DNA of 64,000 nucleotides. Origin: Macrostomum lignano. Taxonomy: Eukaryota. The notes beneath the pieces were generated by a model. That model had not been told where the DNA came from and did not search any database. It saw nothing but the letters and a program-made list of their open reading frames with translations. Position 1 is the stretch's first letter. Each line of letters opens with the position of its first letter. Location: the NCBI GenBank assembly GCA_002269645.1, contig NIVC01000524.1:1-64000 (forward strand). The letters run 5' to 3'. A program made the translations under genes and the position numbers. Positions 58,648 to 64,000 of the stretch are shown here, one piece after another.

Positions 58648-61600
58648 TTATGTAAAAAGCCTCCGTAGTACTGAAGTATATAATTTAGAATCAGCTACAT
58701 AACCAACGCACTTTTTGTCGTCTCCCGATGATTTCAGTTTGATGGCATCGTGGGAAGCATTTGCTTCATCATCAGCTGTGGATGAAGAGTTTTTAGCCTG
58801 TGGAGCTGTCTCATTAGCGGTTTCAGCTTCCGGAACAGCCACTCCAACGGTTCCAGTTTCCAGAACAGCCTCATCAACGTTTCCTGTTTCCAGAACAGCC
58901 TCATCAACGGTTCCAGTTTCCAGAGCAGCCTCATCAACGGTTCCAGTTTCCAGAACAGCCTCATCAACGGTTCCAGTTTCCAGAACAGCCTCATCAACGT
59001 TTCCTGTTTCCAGAACAGCCTCATCAACGGTTCCAGTTTCCAGAGCAGCCTCATCAACGGTTCCAGTTTCCAGAGCAGCTTCATCAACAGTTCCAGCCTC
59101 CAGAACAGCCTCACCAGCGGTTCCAGTTTCCAGAGCAGCTTCATCAACAGTTCCAGTCTCCAGAACAGCCTTACCAGCGGTTCCAGTTTCCAGAACAGCC
59201 TCATCAAGCGGCTCGCACCGATTCAGACTTTCTTTTTGTTTGTCCTCCTCAGAATCATTTCGTCCACTCGAACCTCGGGCCGGCTCGAACTCCTGGCCGC
59301 TGTCGTCTCCAGAGTCGCTCTGCAGATCCGCAGAGCCGCCGAAGCTCTTGCCAGCCTCGCTGAGTCGTTTCCGACGCTTGATCTCCGCCATCACCTTCAC
59401 CGGATGCGAATCGGGGATGGTGCAAAGCGTTGGATCTTGTTTCTGTGATGATTTCCGCTTGTGCAGTACATGTAGGATGCGGTAGTAATAAGCCCTAGGT
59501 CTCTATGAAATGCTTAATGGTCGAATAACTTTGAGATTTTTAGGCAGCGGACAGGGGGGCAGTGAGACAGCGGACAGGGGATAGTGGGGCAGCGGACAGG
59601 GGGATAGTGGGGCAGCGGACAGGGGATAGTGGGGCAGCGGACAGGGGATAGTGGGGCAGCGGACAGGGCGATAGTGGGGCAGCGGACAGGGGGATAGTGG
59701 GGCAGCGGACAGGGGGATAGTGGGGCAGCGGACAGGGGATAGTGGGGCAGCGGACAGGGGATAGTGGGGCAGCGGACAGGGGATAGTGGGGCAGCGGACA
59801 GGGGGATAGTGGGGCAGCGGACAGGGGATAATGGGGCAGCGGACAGGGGATAATGGGGCAGCGGACAGGGGATAGTGGTGCAGCGGACAGGGGATAGTGG
59901 TGCAGCGGACAGGGGATAGTGGGGCAGCGGAAAGTAATTGTGATCGTGAATAATGAAAGATAAAGATGAGTCTGCTTCGTTTCTTTCACTGATAAAATGT
60001 CATAATGTGAATTGCCTTTCACCGGCCGGGTCATGCCAGTTGCAGTTGTTATACATTGAAGAAACCAGACACATTGAATCGGCTAGAATGCGAGGGGAAG
60101 TCGCGGTCGGGTTTAGCAACAGAGTTACTGCTCTCTTGGAGCAGTGACTGCATGCGGCATTCAGCAGATAATTATGGGGTTGTGTATAAGGACTGAACAT
60201 CACAATACAACATCAGGTGGCACTCGGAGCTAGGGATCCTTCCCTCCTATCCTTCGATTTCTCAGATTCTTACTAGCGCATTATTTTTCGAGCAGTATAA
60301 CTGCATCAAAAAGATGGGGTATAGTTCAATGAAGCTTGAAACTGGGGATAAGCTATTGAGCAGCAGTGGAGAGATCGAGCAGCGACAGGTGGAAATTCAA
60401 GAAAGGGAAAGCTGATTAATTAAAACTGATGCGTGGTTCTGAAATTCTCGAATTTCTTGCTTGTGAAAATCAGAATGGGATTGGCATTGGGATTGGGGGA
60501 TTGGGATTGGGGCATTGGGATTGGGATTGGGATTGGGGCATTGGGATTGGGGCATTGGGATTGGGATTGGGATTGGGATTAGGATTGGGATTGGGATTGG
60601 GATTGGGATTGGGATTGGGGCATTGGGATTGGGGGATTGGGATTGGGGCATTGGGATTGGGGGATTGGGATTGGGATTGGGGGATTGGGATTGGGATTGG
60701 GATTGGGATTGGGATTAGGATTGGGATTGGGATTGGGATTGGGGCATTGGGATTGGGATTGGGATTGGGATTGGGATTGGCATTGGGATTAGGATTGGGA
60801 TTGGGGCATTGGGATTGGGATTGGGATAAGGGCATTGGGATTGGGGCATTGGGATTGTGGGATTGGGATTGGAATTGGGATTGGGGCATTGGGATTGGGG
60901 CATTGGGATTGGGATTGGGATTGGGATTGGGATTGGCATTGGGATTAGGATTGGGATTGGGGCATTGGGATTGGGATTGGGATTGGGGCATTGGGATTGG
61001 GGCATTGGGATTGGGGCATTGGGATTGGGGGATTGAGATTGGGATTGAGATTGGGATTGGGGGATTGGGATTGGAATTGGGATTGGGATTGGGATTGGGG
61101 CATTGGGATTGGGATTGGCATTGGGATTGGGATTGGGATTGGGATTGGGATTGGGGCATTGGGATTGGGATTGGGGCATTGGGATTGGGATTGGGATTGG
61201 CATTGGGATTGGGATTGGGATTGGGGCATTGGGATTGGGGCATTGGGATTGGAATTGGGATTGGGGGATTGGGATTGGGATTGGGATTGGGATTGAGATT
61301 GGGATTGGGATTGGGATTGGGATTGGGATTGGGATTGGGATTGGGATTGGGATTGGGATTGGGATTGGGATTGGGGGATTGGGATTGAGAATTGAGGGAT
61401 TGGGATTGGGACTGGGATTGGGACTGGGTTTGGGAATTGGGAATTGGGATTGGGGATTGGAATTGGGATTGGGATTGGGAATTGGGATTGGGATTTGGGG
61501 ATCGGGATTGGGATTGGGATTGGGAATTGGGATTGGGATTGGGGCATTGGGATTGGCATTGGGATTGGGATTGGGATTGGGATTGGGGGATTGGGATTGG

Positions 61601-63925
61601 GATTGGGATTGAGATTGGGATTGGGATTGGGATTGGGATTGGGATTGGGATTGGGATTGGGATTGGGATTGGGGGATTGGGATTGAGAATCGAGGGATTG
61701 GGATTGGGACTGGGTTTGGGATTGGGAATTGGGATTGGGGATTGGAATTGGGATTGGGATTGGGAATTGGGATTGGGATTTGGGGATCGGGATTGGGATT
61801 GGGATTGGGATTGGGAATTGGGATTGGGATTGGGATTGGGATTGGGATCGGGATCGGGATTGGGAATTGGGATTGGGATTGGGGATTGGAATTGGGATTG
61901 GGAATTGGGATCGGGATTGGGATTAGGATTGGAATTGGGATTGGGATTGACAATTGAATTGGGATTAATATTGCCAATGTACCTGTTCAGCTCTCACCTG
62001 CATGTCAATGTACTGCTGCAGCACTTTCTTGCTATCCTCGCGCCTCATCCGGTCCCGTTTTCCAGCCTCCTCGTTGGCGAGCACCTCGGCCCGCTCCATC
62101 GGGTTGGTCTCAATCAGCAGGGCGTCCTTGTTAGTCAGCGACTTCTCGTTGTCGTCGTCGGTCTCCTCGGCTCGGAGTCGCTCCTCTCTGAACCTGTCCA
62201 GCTCCTCCAGCTGCCGGTGCACTACCTTCATCCTGGTGCTCACCTCAACTTGGCAATCTTCGCCAGCAGCCGCTCCCGATTGGTCAGCATCTGTACCGGC
62301 TGCCGCCATGACGATGGGGACCTTCTAGACCTGCTGCTGTTGTCGTTTGGGAGCGGCAGAGAGGAGAATGGGGAGAGAGAGAGAAAAAGCTGTTGGCCAG
62401 GTGGCAGAGTTACAGATGAGGTGAGATTTGAAATGAGATACTTGGTAGCGTCTCTCTGTCCCCCTAGACTAGAAGTCCTTGGTACGCAGTCCCTCTCTAG
62501 TTAGTCTAAGAAGTCCTTGGTACGCAGTCCCTCTCTAGTTAGTCTAAGAAGTCCTGGGTACACAGTCCATCTCTAGTTAGTCTAAGAAGTCCTTGGTACA
62601 CAGTCCCTCTCTAGTTAGTCTAAGAAGTCCTTGGTACACAGTCCCTCTCTAGTTAGTCTAAGAAGTCCTTGGTACACAGTCCCTCTCTAGTTAGTCTAAG
62701 AAGTCCTTGGTACACAGTCCCTCTCTAGTTAGTCCAAGAAGTCCTTGGTACGCAGTCCCTCTCTAGTTAGTCTAAGAAGTCCTTGGTACGCAGTCCCTCT
62801 CTAGTTAGTCTAAGAAGTCCTTGGTACACAGTCCCTCTCTAGTTAGTCTAAGAAGTCCTTGGTACGCAGTCCCTCTCTAGTTAGTCTAAGAAGTCCTTGG
62901 TACACAGTCCCTCTCTAGTTAGTCTAAGAAGTCCTTGGTACACAGTCCCTCTCTAGTTAGTCTAAGAAGTCCTTGGTACACAATCCCTCTCTAGTTAGTC
63001 TAAGAAGTCCTTGGTACACAGTCCCTCTCTAGTTAGTCTAAGAAGTCCTTGGTACACAATCCATCTCTAGTTAGTCTAAGAAGTCCTTGGTACACAATCC
63101 ATCTCTAGTTAGTCTAAGAAGTCCTTGGTACACAGTCCCTCTCTAGTTAGTCTAAGAAGTCCTTGGTTCACAGTCCCTCTCTAGTTAGTCCAAGAAGTCC
63201 TTGGTACGCAGTCCCTCTCTAGTTAGTCTAAGAAGTCCTTGGTACGCAGTCCCTCTCTAGTTAGTCTAAGAAGTCCTTGGTACACAGTCCCTCTCTAGTT
63301 AGTCTAAGAAGTCCTTGGTACACAATCCATCTCTAGTTAGTCTAAGAAGTCCTTGGTACACAGTCCCTCTCTAGTTAGTCTAAGAAGTCCTTGGTACACA
63401 ATCCATCTCTAGTTAGTCTAAGAAGTCCTTGGTACACAATCCCTCTCTAGTTAGTCTAAGAAGTCCTTGGTACACAGTTCCTCTCTAGTTAGTCTAAGAA
63501 GTCCTTGGTACACAGTCTCTCTAGTGCCTCTCCTAAATTCAGCTGAAATACAAATAAAGTACATACTCGTACACTGTTGCGTGAGGCTCGAGCTTACCTG
63601 CTGGCTCAAGCCGGAATCAACCCGAGCAATTCGATGCTTGGCGTTGGCTCTGCTGGGCGGCAATTTTAAGCATGAATATGGATAAAGAGGTGGGGAGACA
63701 GGGGGGGGGGAGGTTGAGATCAAAGCAAATCACATCCCGAAGAGAGGAATGGGCAAGCGCTATGGAGCAGGTAGGTAGGAGGGACGGAATTCGCTAGAAA
63801 AGCTTCTCTTCGAAACAAGTGCCAACAGCCTGAGCTTTACCTGTGCTCACGGCAATAAGCGGGATGTTGCACAAGGCCGAGACTTAAAGCAGCCAGCTGC
63901 GGCCTGCGAGCACTGATTGCTGCTT
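58648..63925 (-). CDS. Partial multi-exon gene of unknown function (charged/coiled-coil exon; acidic 10-aa repeat in last exon); 5' end probably beyond the window
   Basis: Proposed exons 63841-63925, 63598-63649, 61998-62324, 60055-60147, 58648-59502 have GT-AG ends and matching phases. The 61998-62324 and 58648-59502 ORFs are well supported; the small exons are less so. Confidence 0.55.
58810..59200 (-). repeat. 30-bp coding minisatellite encoding (DEA[V/A]LETGTV)n, ~13 copies
   Basis: In-frame within ORF 58648-59400. Variants preserve the frame. Confidence 0.9.
59545..59930 (+). repeat. 22/23-bp G-rich minisatellite (GGGGCAGCGGACAGGGGATAGT)n, intronic
   Basis: Directly visible. Confidence 0.95.
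60472..61960 (+). repeat. (GGGATT)n hexamer array with GGGGCATT and GGAATT variants, ~1.5 kb, intronic
   Basis: Directly visible. It is neither TTAGGG nor CCCTAA. Confidence 0.97.
62470..63520. repeat. 38-bp minisatellite (GTCCCTCTCTAGTTAGTCTAAGAAGTCCTTGGTAC[A/G]CA)n, ~28 copies, intronic
   Basis: Directly visible. Confidence 0.97.
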
Positions 63926-64000
63926 CTTGTAAAGTTGGAAAGCGAAAGGAAAACACGTGGATGATGGAGGAGAGCAGCCAACAGCGCTCAGCTGACCAGC

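Noticed and set aside
60472-61960. Telomere or interstitial telomeric sequence
   Set aside because: The unit is GGGATT/AATCCC, not TTAGGG/CCCTAA, and it lies inside a probable intron.

Overview
Eukaryotic (animal) genomic DNA. The GC-rich coding regions, intronless genes and minisatellite-filled introns suggest a free-living flatworm such as Macrostomum; this is inference only. Roughly half the window is tandem repeat. Well-supported genes: an intronless DEG/ENaC channel (3845-5848 +), a 5-exon DNAJB13 (45077-47888 -) and an intronless WAVE/SCAR (51613-53334 -). There is also a partial multi-exon gene of unknown function (58648-63925 -). Mobile DNA: a mariner-type MITE, two degenerate RTE-like LINE copies, a decayed APE-RT-RNase H non-LTR element (R1/LOA-like), a Crypton/DUF3504-like fragment and a second MITE. 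The most unusual structure spans 8.8-27.5 kb: a ~3.1-3.7 kb composite macro-repeat present four times. Its unique blocks contain three candidate minus-strand exons that splice in frame with each other and with downstream exons, ending in a GPI-signal-like tail. This may be a repeat-expanded cell-surface protein gene hidden inside satellite DNA. The very long ORFs in the ORF track over the satellites are repeat artefacts. Exon models were derived by eye from GT-AG sites and frame continuity and have no transcript support.
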